Shown here: positions 35,135-54,654 of the stretch, piece after piece
Numbering within the stretch: the stretch's first letter is position 1
Layout of the letters: each line of letters begins with the position of its first letter
NCBI RefSeq assembly: GCF_009914755.1
Contig: NC_060933.1
Reading direction: 5' to 3' (one strand)
From: the human T2T-CHM13v2.0 reference genome, Homo sapiens
DNA: 64,000 nt
The notes under the pieces: generated by a model
What the model was told of the DNA's origin: nothing
The model's database searches: none
What the model saw: the letters and a program-made list of their open reading frames with translations, nothing else
Made by a program: the position numbers and the translations under genes

Positions 35135-36888
35135 TTATGTTAAGCATGAGGAGAAGAAAAGAATAAGGGAAGTCTAATCAAGAAAACCTGATCAAGCAGA
35201 CTAAAGGCAAGGGAAAAAAAAAAGAAATGAAAAAATTAAGGCCACTGCCCTGGAACAAAAGACCACTTCTGTCAGCTGCTCCTGCAACTAGGTGTGGCCA
35301 GCATTGCCGTAACCAAGCTGACAGGCCCAGAAGGAGACTCTTTTCTGCCCATCTGCCTGACATCCTCCCTTAAGGTGACTTATGAATGGAAGTCACACAC
35401 CTCAAGGACAGAACACAGGATGGTAACCTGGGTCCCTAATCATCTGTGGCGCTAGCTACCTTGCTCCCCACTTGTGAGGGCAAATAAACTTCTACTTTCC
35501 CTAAGCCATCTAAGTTTGGGTTTCCTATTATATGCAGCTGTACCCACTACTAATTAGTTACAACTTCAACCAGAATGATCTCTAACAATGCTACCTTTAG
35601 GTGTTTTGAAGAAATCAGTTTGTTTTTTATAAAGGGAGGTAAAATAATTTGACACAGATATTGTACTTATTTCCCACACATAATACATATTCCTGGGAGC
35701 GGGACTTCACAATGAAACAGTATACAACCAAGTAAGCAAACCTTTTAAAGACCACAACAAAAAGCAACCCTGTAAGGGGTCAAGTGTAGAACCACAAATA
35801 CTGAATGAGACTTGGGTAAAATTTTGAGGGATAGCAACATACACAGATTCAAAAAGTTATGCATCCAAGTATTCAGACAGACGTGAAAATGACAGACTTT
35901 AAACATAAATTTTTCAATGCTTCTAATGATGAATATGGTATCCAAGATGCCTAGGAAGAATTAGAATAAAACTGCTGCATGGGGTAAAGGAAAGAGCAGT
36001 ATTTTTGAATATATTATTTGCACAATGACATTTTAAATATATATGTGCAATTACATTAATAAATCAAATAACATTATTTTTGGCCATTTCTTATACATCC
36101 CTTTAAATTTACATATCAAATTGGCCAAGAAACTCTTTTAAATGCTACTGGGAAAATTGTGAATCACCTCATATTTCAGCAGATATTAGTGTTTACTATA
36201 CAAATAAGTTAGTAATCAAAATAAATGTAAACAGATTAAACTCCTCAGTTAAAAAATGATACTAGGATTAAAATCCAATTATGTACAAAAGAACTACACA
36301 CAATGATACAGTAAAATTGAAAACAGAGTCCTATTAATCACAGAATAACTAAATGATAGCTGGTGTAGCTACACTGCTATCAGACAAATGGACTTTAAGG
36401 TAAAACATAATTTTTGTTAGAGATAAGGGACATTCAAAACGATGTAAAAATGCTGAGCCCACATACATTTCACACCTTCAAACTAAACAATTTAAAAACG
36501 AAACAGAGACAGAGAATGAATCCATACGGTGGGTAATACTGATCTTTATACTGTCTCTTTCTTTCTCATTCATTTACATACCAGACAGAAAACGGCTAAG
36601 ACTGTCAACTATTTGAATAATAATTAAAGTGCTTGATGTAATGGACACAAGACACCTTGAATAAAAGGAATATATAATATAAATTTTTGTGATAAAGCCG
36701 TGGAACATTTGCAAAATTTACGATAAAGTAAGACATAAAGCAAGTGTCAACAAGAGCAGCCAAATCATTCAGAAAAGCTATCATCCAGAACATGTTTTTT
36801 AATCACATAGCAATAAATTATAAATTACTGAGAAGACAAAAACTCAAGGAAAACATTATGCTTTAGTCAAAGAAAAAAAAGAAAATTA

Positions 36889-37245
<357 letters not shown>

Positions 37246-38734
37246 CTACAGCTGGAATAGTACTTAGAAGGGAATTTATAGGCTTAAACACAGAAAAGTT
37301 CATTATGCCTCACACTCAATTTTGAAAGTTTGCAGCAAGTTCATTCAGTAGCAAAACCTGTCCTAAACATATATGAAACTCTTTACTGCTTTTATTTACT
37401 CAATGGAATGAAACTATTCTGGGGATGCTGCCCTAGACTGCATGAGAGTGGTTCTGTAATAAGGAATACGTACTTTATTATCTTTCAAAACCTTTTTTTA
37501 AGCCTGAATCCTGAATTACACTCAGGGTGTTTTGTAAAGAGAATGTCAATCAATACTAGAAAAGATTAAAAATGTAAATTAAGTGTTCAACTAAGTTAGA
37601 AAAAGAACAGAGTACACCTAAGAGATATATTAATAGAAGTTAAATAAGAAGTAAAAATTTCAGAAAATACAACATAATAAAGAAAAGTCATGCAATGATC
37701 TTAGATGCAGAAATAACATTTGATGAAGTTCAACATCTATTTATAAAACTCTTAGAAACCTAGATCGGAGGAAATGGTCTCGAATTGATAAGACTATAAT
37801 ACCTAAAACCTACAGATATTAACTGGGAAACAAGAGAGCCATTACTTTTATGAATATGAACAAAACAAGGATGCTTGGTATCTTTTTACTATTCAGCATA
37901 TTACTAAAGGCCATACCAGTAAAACTGTAAGTCCAAAAATGTGAATAAACAAGTGTGCACACACACACACACGTCTGAGAAGAGTCACACTGTTATCAGC
38001 AGGTGATATGATCACCTTACATAAAAAACTCAACGAAATCAACAAACCATTGGAATTAATAGTAAATAAAGGTAACAAAATACAAAGTATTTACAGTATC
38101 AAGAAAAATATAAAGACAGTAATAAATGATAAGATATACGATGGTCAGCTGAAGGGATGGCTCAACATTTTAAAGATATTACATTTTGCCAAGATAAACT
38201 ACAAACTCAATGCAATCACAACTAAAATTCCACCAGGATTTCTAATGGAGCTCTATAAACTTCAATAATTACACAGAAGGATACAAGTTCAGGAATGGCT
38301 AACTGAATTTAGAAACCGGGAGGTGCTTTACCAGAAGGAAGCAAATACTGTAATATTTGCAGGTAGGCAGAGACCAATGAAAGAATCTAGAATTCATGAG
38401 AACTGTGTACATACAAATACCTGGAAAATGACAGCAGTTACCCCACAAACCACTAGGTTTCACACAAATTTTTCTCTACGGATAAAGTTGAACAGCCAGG
38501 TATAAAGTGAATTCCAGCCATATTAAAAATCTAAAAGGTATTTTAGAAAAGATAACAAAATGTGGAAGAATGTCTTTGGGACCTCAGGGTAGGAAATGAT
38601 TTCTTAACCAAGTCTTTAAGAATACAAACCGTAAGGCCAAGATGGATGCATCTGACCAAGTCAAAATTAAGAAATTTGGTTCAACGAAAGATACCAAAGA
38701 TAAAGTTAACAGACGGGTGATAGAGAAGAGGTTT

Positions 38735-39522
38735 ATTGTATTTCACTGAATCTAAGATGTCATCAATTGTATTTTATCCATCACTAAGGAAGAGAAACAG
38801 TGTCAATTAAAATACAATGATGTTTTCTTGTCATGTGCAGCTTTTTAGTTTATGCTTAATGCAAAGGTCTATTATACATTCTTAGACCCAGATTTTTGTT
38901 ACACTACATTTGTACTTATGAAAAGGAAAATGTAAGTCAAGACATTCCTAAAACCTCTTTAACTGAGTTCTGTCCCTCTCCTCTAAGTCACTGATACCAC
39001 AAGTTTTCATACCATGTTCTCCTTGCTCTTGGCAGTGTCTTGGCATTTCTTACCAGCATGCTCCACTATGATTTCTGAGATTATCTGACATGTTAACTGT
39101 CACCCATTCTCAAGTTCTGATGCTGCAACTTTCCTATTGAACTAACCTCATAGTTTTATCGTCCTTCCAATTAAATCACATGTTTCTAGAAAGTAAGCTG
39201 ATACTACCCAAAGGCAACAGGAAGTCTGACAAAGAGATCTTCAAAGCCTTTTGTCATCCTCTGCCTCTGCTCTGCAGGTCTGGCCATTTCTCCGGCTATC
39301 AGTTGCCTCATTGACCAGCAGGGCATACACTTCAACTGGAGTGCTGACAGTAAGCCCGCCACCACGAAGTTCACTGGTACATAAGCAATGACAACCATGT
39401 CACAAACTACCTTCCTGGCTGACAATGACTCATCAGTGACTCTCAGCAGCTTTAAGATTCATCCCCACTTCAAAGATTTTAAACTAGGGAAAAACAGTAT
39501 GTGTCTTAGAATCAATGTAACA
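38735..39522. mobile_element. Old TcMar-Tc2 (Kanga/MER104-like) DNA transposon remnant
   Basis: Degenerate inverted ends TGTATTTCACTGAATCTAAGATG / TGTCTTAGAATCAATGTAAC. Confidence 0.5.
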
Positions 39523-42507
39523 GAGTACTAACTCAAAAATTGACTAAGGATTAAAATCTACAAGGTATACAGAACCTTCGCTAATCAAAAGAAAGACTGG
39601 GAATCCAGTAAAAAAACAGGTAAAAGATATGAAGAGGCATTCAAAGAAGCAGAAGACTCCAGTAGCTAAAAAGTAGATGAAGTGATGCTCAAAGGCTCAA
39701 ACATTAAGAGAAATCCAAAGCAAACAGTATTGCTAAACAGAGATGTAGGGAAAACTTGAATTCCTATATACTATCTCAGGGGACCATAGATGACACAGAA
39801 AAGTCCTACAGGAAAATTAGGCAGGCATATATCAGTATCCTATTCCTGGTTCTATACCCCCAGAGAAATTCAAGGGAATATTAGGTTCATGAGGGAATAT
39901 TAATCAGAGGATTCTTTGCAGCAGTGGGAAATGGGGGCGGTTTAGGTGTCTATCATGAGGAAAATGGAGAAGTAAAATTTGGTGGCTGTATACACAGAAG
40001 AATATGTAGCAGTCAAAAGAAATGAACAAGAAATATATGCAGCAACTCTACCTCTCTTTACTGACCCTGCTTTGATATTTCTTCATACCACTTAATATCA
40101 GCTAACATTAAAAAACACCTCAACCCTTGATCTCTTCTGAAAGCACACTCAGAAAGCAAATGCAAAATGCCTACAAAGTTTAAAGGTCTAAACCCACCCA
40201 GACCAGAACAAGGAGAAAGGTGACAAAATGTGGGAAACTGGAAAGCAAATGGATAAGTTGTATTTGATAAGTCAAAGAGATCAAAGAGAAAGGCAAGCCT
40301 AGGCCAGCAGTGAAAAGCCAAGCAGCAACGCCTGAAACATGCTCCCAAACTGGGGCACCAGCTTCCATTAAACACTGGAAAACGGGAAAGGCCGACAACA
40401 GGAGGACTGGCTGGGTGCCTAGACAACAGGCAGTCACTCCCCTCCTCCACCCTGAAGAAGTGCTCTCTGGAGAGGCTGTGTATAAACTGGAAGTCCTAAG
40501 AATGAGTGAAGGCAGGGGTGCCGTTCTGAAGACAAAAATTAGGTGTGAGTTACATAATGAATGGTAAGACCCTGGGCCTCTTGCCTTCAACTCAGCTCCC
40601 AAATGGTGGAAAGCAGCTTTTTACCTGCAAAGTAATAGACTAGAGGACTCCTCTCCTGGGAAACACAAAGCCAAGAGAATAAAAACTATAAATACTAAGT
40701 TTGGGGGTCCCCTCAAATAAACGAACAGGTCCCTGTCTGATTATCCTAGTGCAAGCCCCTCAGTCAAAAAGCCCACCCCATCCTCACCCCTCTAAAACAC
40801 AAATGGTAACTAAATGTGGTGATGGATATGTTAATTTGATTGTGGTCATTATTTCACAATGTGTGTGTGTGTATATATATATAAATATAAAATCATCTTA
40901 TTATACATCTTGAATATATACAATTTTTATTTAGCAATTATACCTCAGTAAAACTGAAGAAAAAGCCAAGCCCATTTTAACAGGGCTCTCAATGACCATT
41001 TTCATGTGTCATTCTTGAAAATAGACCATCCTTACATTTATGGTCAACTGATTTTCAACAAGACAACTCAGAAGGGAAATAGTCTTTTCAACAAACGGTG
41101 CTAGGACAACTTGACATCCACCTGGAAAAAGATAAAGATAGGCCTCTACCTCACACCATATACAAAAATTAACTTGAATTACACACTAAATGTAAGGGCA
41201 AAAACTATAAACTGTTAGAAGACAGGAAAGAGTAAATCTTCATAACCTTAGATTAAGCCAAAGTTTTTACAGATGACAAAAAAGTACAAGCAACAAAAGG
41301 AAAAACAGGGAAGTCAGACATCATTAAAATAAACTTTTGAATTTCAAAGATCACTATCAAAGAAGTAAAATAAAATCCCACAGAATGAAAAAAAAAATCT
41401 GCAAATCATATATCTGACAAGGGACTAGGATTCAAAATATATAAAGAACTTTTACAGTTTTAATGATAGAAAGAACCCCCAATTGAAAACAGCTAAGTGA
41501 TTAAAGTAGACATTTCTCCAAAGAAAATATACAAATGGCCAATAAGCCGATGAAAAGGTGCTCAACATCATTAGTTATCTGGGAAATGCAAATTAAAACC
41601 ATAAGATCCCACTTCCCACCTACTAGGATGGCTACAATAAAATAGAAAATAATAAGCATTGCTAAGGATGTGAAGAAATTGTAAACCTCATATGTAGCTA
41701 GTGGGAATATAAAATGATGCAACCACTTTGGAAAACAGTTTGGGGGTTCCTCAAAATGTTAAACACAGAGTTATCACATGACACAGCAATCCTACTCCTA
41801 GGTATATATCCAAGAAAAATTAAAACATTATGCCCATGCAAAAATGTGTACACATTATTTCATAGCAGTTTTATTATTTTTTATTTTTTCATATACTCTT
41901 ACGAGGGAAAAAACCCAATTGTGCATCAACTGATTAATGTATAAACAAAATGTGTGTATCCATACACTGAAATATTATTTGGTGATAAAATGAAGTACGG
42001 ATACATGCTACAATGTGGATGAGTCCTGAAAACATTATGTTAAGTGAAAGAACCCAGAAACAAAGGCTAAGTATTGTTTATTCCTTTTAATGTGAAATGT
42101 CCAGAATAGGCAAGTCCATAAAGTAGATAAATGGTTGCTAAGGCCTGGGCAGAGGAAGGAGTGGGAAGTAACTGCTAATGGCTTTGGGATTTCTTTTGGG
42201 GTGATAAAAATATTTTGGAATTAGATGGTGGTGATAGTTGTATAACTCTGGGAATATGCTAAAAACCACTTAATTATACACTTCAAAATGACAGATTTTA
42301 TGGTATATAGATTACGTATCAATACAGCTGCTGTTTAAAGGAAAAAAACCTTACACTTCAAAATGGTAAATTTTATGGTAAATAGATTATATATCAATAA
42401 GGCTTCTGTCTAAAGGAAAAAAATCTAAGTTAATTCGCTTACTCTTGTGTCAACTCAGTATTGAATGTAAATAGGTATTGCATAAATTGAAGAAAAGTAA
42501 CACTGAA

Positions 42508-42973
42508 TGTAATCTGATTGGACTCCGGTGAAGACTCCAAGATGGCGATCGGTAACCATCTTGGCTACCCTGACTCAGCATTCCCGGATTCACCGGTTCC
42601 CGCCATCTCGGCAGCCATCTTGGCTACCCTGACTTGGCATTTTCGCTTATTCCCGCCATCCTGACAGCCACATCGGGTACCCTGACTCAGCATTTCCGGG
42701 TTCACCTTTCCTGTTCCCGCCACCCGGACCAACGCGCATGCCCACTAGGGCGTGTCACACTCAGAAGCACGAAACTCAACCTACCCCGCCCCTACCCCGC
42801 CCACTCCTCACCCAGCATCCATAAAAGCGCTCTGCACCTTTGGCACAGCGCGACTTCCCTGGCCCTCCCCCTGCGGACCAGTGAACCTCGCCCGAGAGCT
42901 CAGTAAAGATTTTTGCCCTCTTTGTCTCGCCCCTCAGCCTTATTGATCCACAGTGCCCTTCCATTGCCTTTCA
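42508..42973 (+). mobile_element. CpG-rich solo ERV LTR (LTR18-like; subfamily and left end uncertain)
   Basis: Internal ~55-60-bp repeats, GC boxes, CATAAAA at about 42820, AGTAAA at 42902-42907, ends ...GCCTTTCA; no clean TSD found. Confidence 0.7.
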
Positions 42974-43876
42974 CTATCAACAAAACAACCTTCAATTTTC
43001 TTGTAGTTTCTGCAAACAATTTACATAATGTTCTTGATGACAATAAAAATATTGTGCATATTGAAAAAAAAGAAGGGATGTTAACAATCACCAGATATTG
43101 AGCAAGTGTCTAACAGATCAATAAAACTGATAAAACAATCAGTACAGTGCAAAAGGGTAAAAATAAAAAATTTTAAGATGTGTAGGTTTCAAAAAAAAAA
43201 ATTCACCTTCCATGACCCTTCTCTGAAATCTATCTATAATCTACTGTAAACCAAGAGACAGGAAATAGCCAATGCAGAACAGAGAAAGGAAATTCTCAAG
43301 CTAATGGTGATGGGACACTCCAGGGCCACCCTGTGTAGCAGCTGCATATAACAACCAGTCAGGAGTGGAGCAGGAGAAAGAACAAAGAAAGTGAATCTAA
43401 TAGATAACTAACGTGTGAACATTCTGAATGGAGTTTTATGCTCCTAGAGGCAAACAACATAAAGACCACTGTAGAACCAATCAAGTAACCAAACAAAAAT
43501 GATTAACTCTGGGGAAAACAAAAGTATCCAATAAAGAAAATATAGCCTCATAACATTGGCCCAACTAATGAATAATACTAATGAAGTCATAAAAATATAA
43601 CCACTAAATTATCTAAGGACACATTATCCTATATCTGAACTCTGCCAGAAGAAAGGGCAGAGCAAGGTTGCTGCATGAGCTGGGGTCCTGTTAGGGGCAC
43701 CCAGGGATCGGCACCACAGCCCAAGGTCTGCACCAGGCTGCTGCACTTGCTGGAGGAAGAGTACCTTCCCCTAATCCACACAAAGGCATGACAGGAGCTA
43801 TTCCAGGCCTGGGCACAGTGAGTGTAGATGTGTTTTCAGAGAGCCAGTCTCAAATCGCCTACAATTAATGGATATA

Positions 43877-44537
<661 letters not shown>

Positions 44538-44738
44538 TAAGGAAACCTGGGGAAAAAAAAGTCAAGAAGAAAATAAAGAACAACATAAGCAAGTTTCTTA
44601 ACAAAAAAAAAAAAAAGGTAGGTCAGGTATGGGGGCTCACGCCTGTGATCCCAGCACTTTGGGAGGCCGAGGCGGGCAGATCACCAGAGGTCAGGAGTTT
44701 GAGACCAGCCTGACCAACATGGTGAAACCCCATCTCTA

Positions 44739-47360
<2,622 letters not shown>

Positions 47361-48559
47361 TTTTTCATACATGTTTCCCTAGTCCAGACACCCAAGAGTA
47401 TGTCCCTCTCTTGGGCATAAGAAAACCTAGAGTTATATTTAGGGCATCATGTGTGGTGAATAGTTGACCGAGCTGGCATGCTCACAATGACCAAATTATG
47501 TTTGTCATATTTTAATCCAATATATTGATCTACTATGAACTCGTAAATAATGTATTTGCTTTCTAGACACATTCCAGGAAGACCAGAGAAACTGACTTTT
47601 ATCCATATGGAATAATCCACTGGCAAATTTCTTTTAGGACAGACCAAAGCTGATCTAGAACATAATCTTTACATACGTGGATCCTTCCCATCAGACGAGA
47701 AAGAACATCTGGGGTGAAAGGCTCCATTAGAAGAGCAATGTGGGATGGTGCTGTGCTGACAACTGGTAGTTCCTGCCCTACATCTTTGTAGAAGACTGGA
47801 GCCCAGAGCATGCCATGGTCAACTTCTATGCTGAAGTGAAGACCTCCTTCGAGGTGTGCACGTGCTTATTACAGATATGCCACGGTGCTAAGTACCCCAG
47901 AACTACAGGAAAAAATAAGAATAGATGCTGTATCCATGATCATGAGGCACACAGGCCAGAACGCCAGCTGTGGAATCGCACAGCCCAGGTTCAAAGCCTG
48001 GCTGGGCCATGACCACCTGAATGACCTGAGGAATGGTCTCAGGCAAATTTGTAAAAAGCGGAGACCCTGCCTGCCAGGGAGGCATGTGGTAAGAGGCGCA
48101 TCCAGTCAGGTCAGGGCACCGCGTCCTCTCTTTGGAAACCTGCGAAGCAAGGCTGGTGGCCCTTGAGGCCACGGCAGCCATGGAGAAGGCGGGCCTTGCT
48201 CCAGGCGGCACAGAGGCACTGGAAAGGCCCCGGGGGAGCCTGGCGGGATCTGGCTGGTCCTGTGCTCTGCTTCCAGGTTCTGGCCCTGTAACCCGGGGGA
48301 CAGGGCCGTCCAAGACAGGGCCACTGGGTGCCAGCCAGCACCTGGGCCAGGCGCCATGGCTCTGGCGGATCAGCCCCGCACCCCCAACAGCCCCACAGGG
48401 GGGCCCATCCAGGGCCACACACCTGCCCCCAGGAGCAGGACGTCCCTGAGGCTAGAGTCCAGGGGGACTGGTGGAAGGGTCTCACCCTTTGCCCTTTGAC
48501 TCCTCTTGTAGGCACCCTCGCTGGGCTCCTAAGCACTCCTTCACACCCTGGCTCTGTCA

Positions 48560-48690
48560 CCAGCCCCATAGTGATGTCATAAACTCCCAGATGCCCAGTG
48601 TGCACCCGGCCACAGAGAAGTGGGTGACTTCGGAGTATCCTCTCCGCTTCTGACCCTTAGTTTCGTCTGTGCACAACTCGCTCAAAATGG
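48560..48690 (+). promoter_or_regulatory. Candidate promoter of the NPAP1-like copy
   Basis: CRE-like TGATGTCA (48572-48579) directly followed by TAAA, about 105 bp upstream of a strong-Kozak ATG (AAAATGG, 48687). Confidence 0.35.
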
Positions 48691-49002
48691 GCAACTCACT
48701 AAGCATATTTTGTTCCTGGTTCCACCGCAGGTCCTGGCCACGCCACCGGCAACCTGCTCGTCTTGTCCGTGAGGCCTTCCCAGCTGGCCGGGCTCACCCC
48801 GCGGCTCCTGCACCTGTGCCTGCCCCGGGAATCTGGGGCCGTTTCCCACTCCTCTTCAACCGTCAGCGACATCTTGGGCCTTCTTTTCCAGTCAGGTGGG
48901 ATGGCGCCCCTGTGAGGCTGTGTCTTATCCCTCGGAACACGGGCACCCCACAGAGGGTCCTGCCTCCTGTGGTCTGGAGCCCCCCCCTCAAGGAAGAAAC
49001 CC

Positions 49003-49910
49003 GTGCTGTCTGCTCGCAACTCCAGGATGTTTGGACACCTCAGCCCCGTGAGGATCTCTTGTCTCAGAGGCAAGTTTAACCTTCAACTTCCTTCATTAGA
49101 TGAGCAGGTGATCCCAGCCAGGCTCCCGAAGATGGAGGTGAGGGCAGAAGAGCCCAAAGAAGCAACGGAGGTGAAAGACCAGGTAGAGACCCAGGGGCAG
49201 GAGGACAATAAAAGGGGCCCCTGTAGCAATGGGGAAGCAGCTTCCACCTCTAGGCCCCTGGAGACTCAGGGAAACCTCACTTCCTCCTGGTACAATCCCA
49301 GGCCCTTGGAGGGAAATGTCCACCTCAAGAGCTTGACAGAAAACAACCAGACTGACAAGGCCCAGGTGCATGCAGTGAGTTTCTACTCCAAGGGCCATGG
49401 AGTCGCCAGTTCACACAGCCCTGTTGGAGGCATCCTTCCCTTTGGGAAGCCTGACCCACTTCCAACAGTGCTCCCTGCCCCAGTTCCGGGCTGCTCCCTG
49501 TGGCCAGAGAAGGCGGCCTTGAAGGTGCTGGGTAAAGACCACCTGCCCAGCTCTCCAGGCTTGCTGATGGTGGGGGAGGACATGCAGCCCAAGGATCCTG
49601 CAGCTCTTGGATCAAGTAGGTCTTCTCCACCCAGAGCTGCCGGCCACAGGTCCCGCAAAAGAAAACTGTCGAGGCCACCGCTGCAGCTGCAACCGACCCC
49701 TCCCCTGCAACTGAGGTGGGAGAGAGATGAGGGGCCCCCACCGGCTAAGCTTCCATGTCTATCTCCTGAGGCACTGTTGGTGGGTCAGGCTTCCCAAAGA
49801 GAAGGACGCCTCCAGCAGGGCAACATGCGTAAGAACATGAGGTTGTTAAGTAGAACATCAAAATTCAGGAGACTAAGAGAGCTGCTTAGGAGGAGAAAGA
49901 AGAGACAGCA

Positions 49911-49938
<28 letters not shown>
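49003..49938 (+). CDS. Open 311-codon UPF0607-type frame (first in-frame ATG at 49027); stop codon supplied by the Alu
   Basis: ORF track; the last codons GRRGGPRL* are Alu left-arm sequence (CACGCCTGTAA). No evidence of expression. Confidence 0.5.
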
Positions 49939-51088
<1,150 letters not shown>

Positions 51089-51956
51089 TTACTCTGACTC
51101 GGCCCACGTGCTGTTGGGCCCCTCATTTTGCCTGTCCCTCCACCTTCTCTCACACCAAGAATTGAGTAAAATTTGATATCCATAATTCCTAACTCTTCCC
51201 TGGCTCTTCCCACTGACCTTGCCCCCATTTTGGGGGTTCCACCTAATGAGAAAGGAGGCTGCTCTCATTCAGCTGCAGTTTCAGTGCCTCTGACCTCTGA
51301 CCCATGCCCCACACATCCTAGCCCCACATCTTTCTCCTTCCAGCCTCCCTTCAGAAGGGAGCCTCCTACACCCATATGTGTGCATTCCTCTCCTCCTCTT
51401 TCCTCCCCTCCTCCTCTTCCAGCAACTTTACTATAGAAAACAAAAGACCCAAGTATGCAAGCAATATATACCATGTAAATGGGTAGTGAGATTAAGTATC
51501 AGCAAGATACCAAGCCTCCTAAATTAATCCATAAATTCAACACACTTCTAATAAAAAACCCAAATGCATTTTTTTGGTTAAATATGATCACCTAAACCTA
51601 AACTCACAGTGAAGAAGGGTCAAGAATAGTCTAGACAATTTTGAAGAACACGGAGATAGAAAAACATTCTAATCAACGTTTATTATAAAGCTGTGGTATA
51701 CATGAATGAGTCTCTGGTATAAGGAGATACGAATATATCCAATGAATAAAAATAAAAGCCAGAAATAGACCCTTTAGAAGGGAATCTGGCTTACCAAAGA
51801 AGGGAAATTTCCAAGCAGTAGGTAAATACTGGATTATTCAACTAATAATGCTGAGACAACTGACCATCATATGGAAAACAATCAAATTAGACCTTTAGGG
51901 TAGGAAACGATTCCCTAAGACTTCAAAAGACCAAACTATAAAAGATTGGTAAATTT

Positions 51957-52339
<383 letters not shown>

Positions 52340-53225
52340 TCAGAATCAGAACAATACTACTCAGGAAAATATCTTGTATCACATTTTAAAATAAACCAAG
52401 TATTTTTATGGCAACAGGCATATATGGTAAAATTATAAATATAGGCAAAGAAAACACAATCACCAACTTCAAGACAGTAGTTATCCGTATGAGAGGCAAG
52501 AGTAAGTGATGGATGTGAAGGAATTTCTTAAGATGCATTTGTAATATTGTATTTACCTGTAAAAGTAAGTTTGAATTAAAAATAGCAAAATGTTAACACC
52601 AATTAATTCTGGGTGGTAGGTATATAGGTGTCTGATATCTATATCTATATCTGATAACTTTCTATATTCTTACTGTATTTCTTAATTAATGAAAATACAT
52701 ACAATATAGCAAAGATAGCCAAGAGAATGAAAAGTAAAAAATAGATGAGACACTGGAAGCAAGGAGGAAAGAGGCATAAGTGAGCGGAAGCTCCATAATT
52801 CATATTGTGGGGATCAACAGGTGTTGTCTGTAGTTGATGAATCAACAAATGGTAGTTAAGCATACTATACAGTATCTAGAATTATGAGGGTAACGTGCGA
52901 CAAATTTAAAATCAGAAAATAACCAGATGGGTAAAAAGCAGAAGTCTGTTGCTTTTCATTTTAAGTGTTCGACCATTGGAAATATTAACATGTGTGCATT
53001 CTTGGAAAAAAGGGCAAACATTAATGCTTAAATTGGAGATTTTAAAAAATGCCTGTATCATCCCTAGAATAAATTTTTTAAAATCAGGAGCTAAAGCTGT
53101 TACTCCTGGGAACTTCAAAATGTTTTGTTTCAGATAAAAAAAGGACTACTACATATAAAGCACTATAGACTGCAGGTTACTACAAGAAGCCAAATACAAG
53201 TACTTCAGGTAGCAAAATCAATTTA

Positions 53226-53321
<96 letters not shown>

Positions 53322-53347
53322 CTACAGGAGAAAAAGAATTAAAATAC

Positions 53348-53499
53348 AGTGCAGTGCTAATATTATCAATTATTAGTGTCTCTGCAACTTCAGTATTTCT
53401 TATTATTCTAATTCTACTAACTATTCTCAAGTTCGCTGTCACTCTTATTCAAGCTTATGTCTTCACACTATTAGTACGTCTTTGTTCGCATAATACATA

Positions 53500-53500
<1 letters not shown>
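53348..53500 (+). pseudogene. MT-ATP6 3' fragment (NUMT)
   Basis: Translates to ...LILLTILKFAVTLIQAYVFTLLVRLCSHNT*. Confidence 0.92.
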
Positions 53501-54586
<1,086 letters not shown>

Positions 54587-54654
54587 ACTCTTTTAGTATA
54601 AGCAGTACCACTGACTTCCAATCAACTAGTTTCGACAAAGTCTGAAAAAGAGTA
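54587..54654 (+). pseudogene. mt-tRNA-Gly (TCC) copy in NUMT
   Basis: Acceptor stem ACTCTTT/AAAGAGT; anticodon TCC at 54617-54619; expected position between COX3 and ND3. Confidence 0.88.

Noticed and set aside
47815-48660. Several overlapping 60-170-aa ORFs on both strands
   Set aside because: Expected in GC-rich sequence; no recognisable domain, and several start at non-ATG codons.
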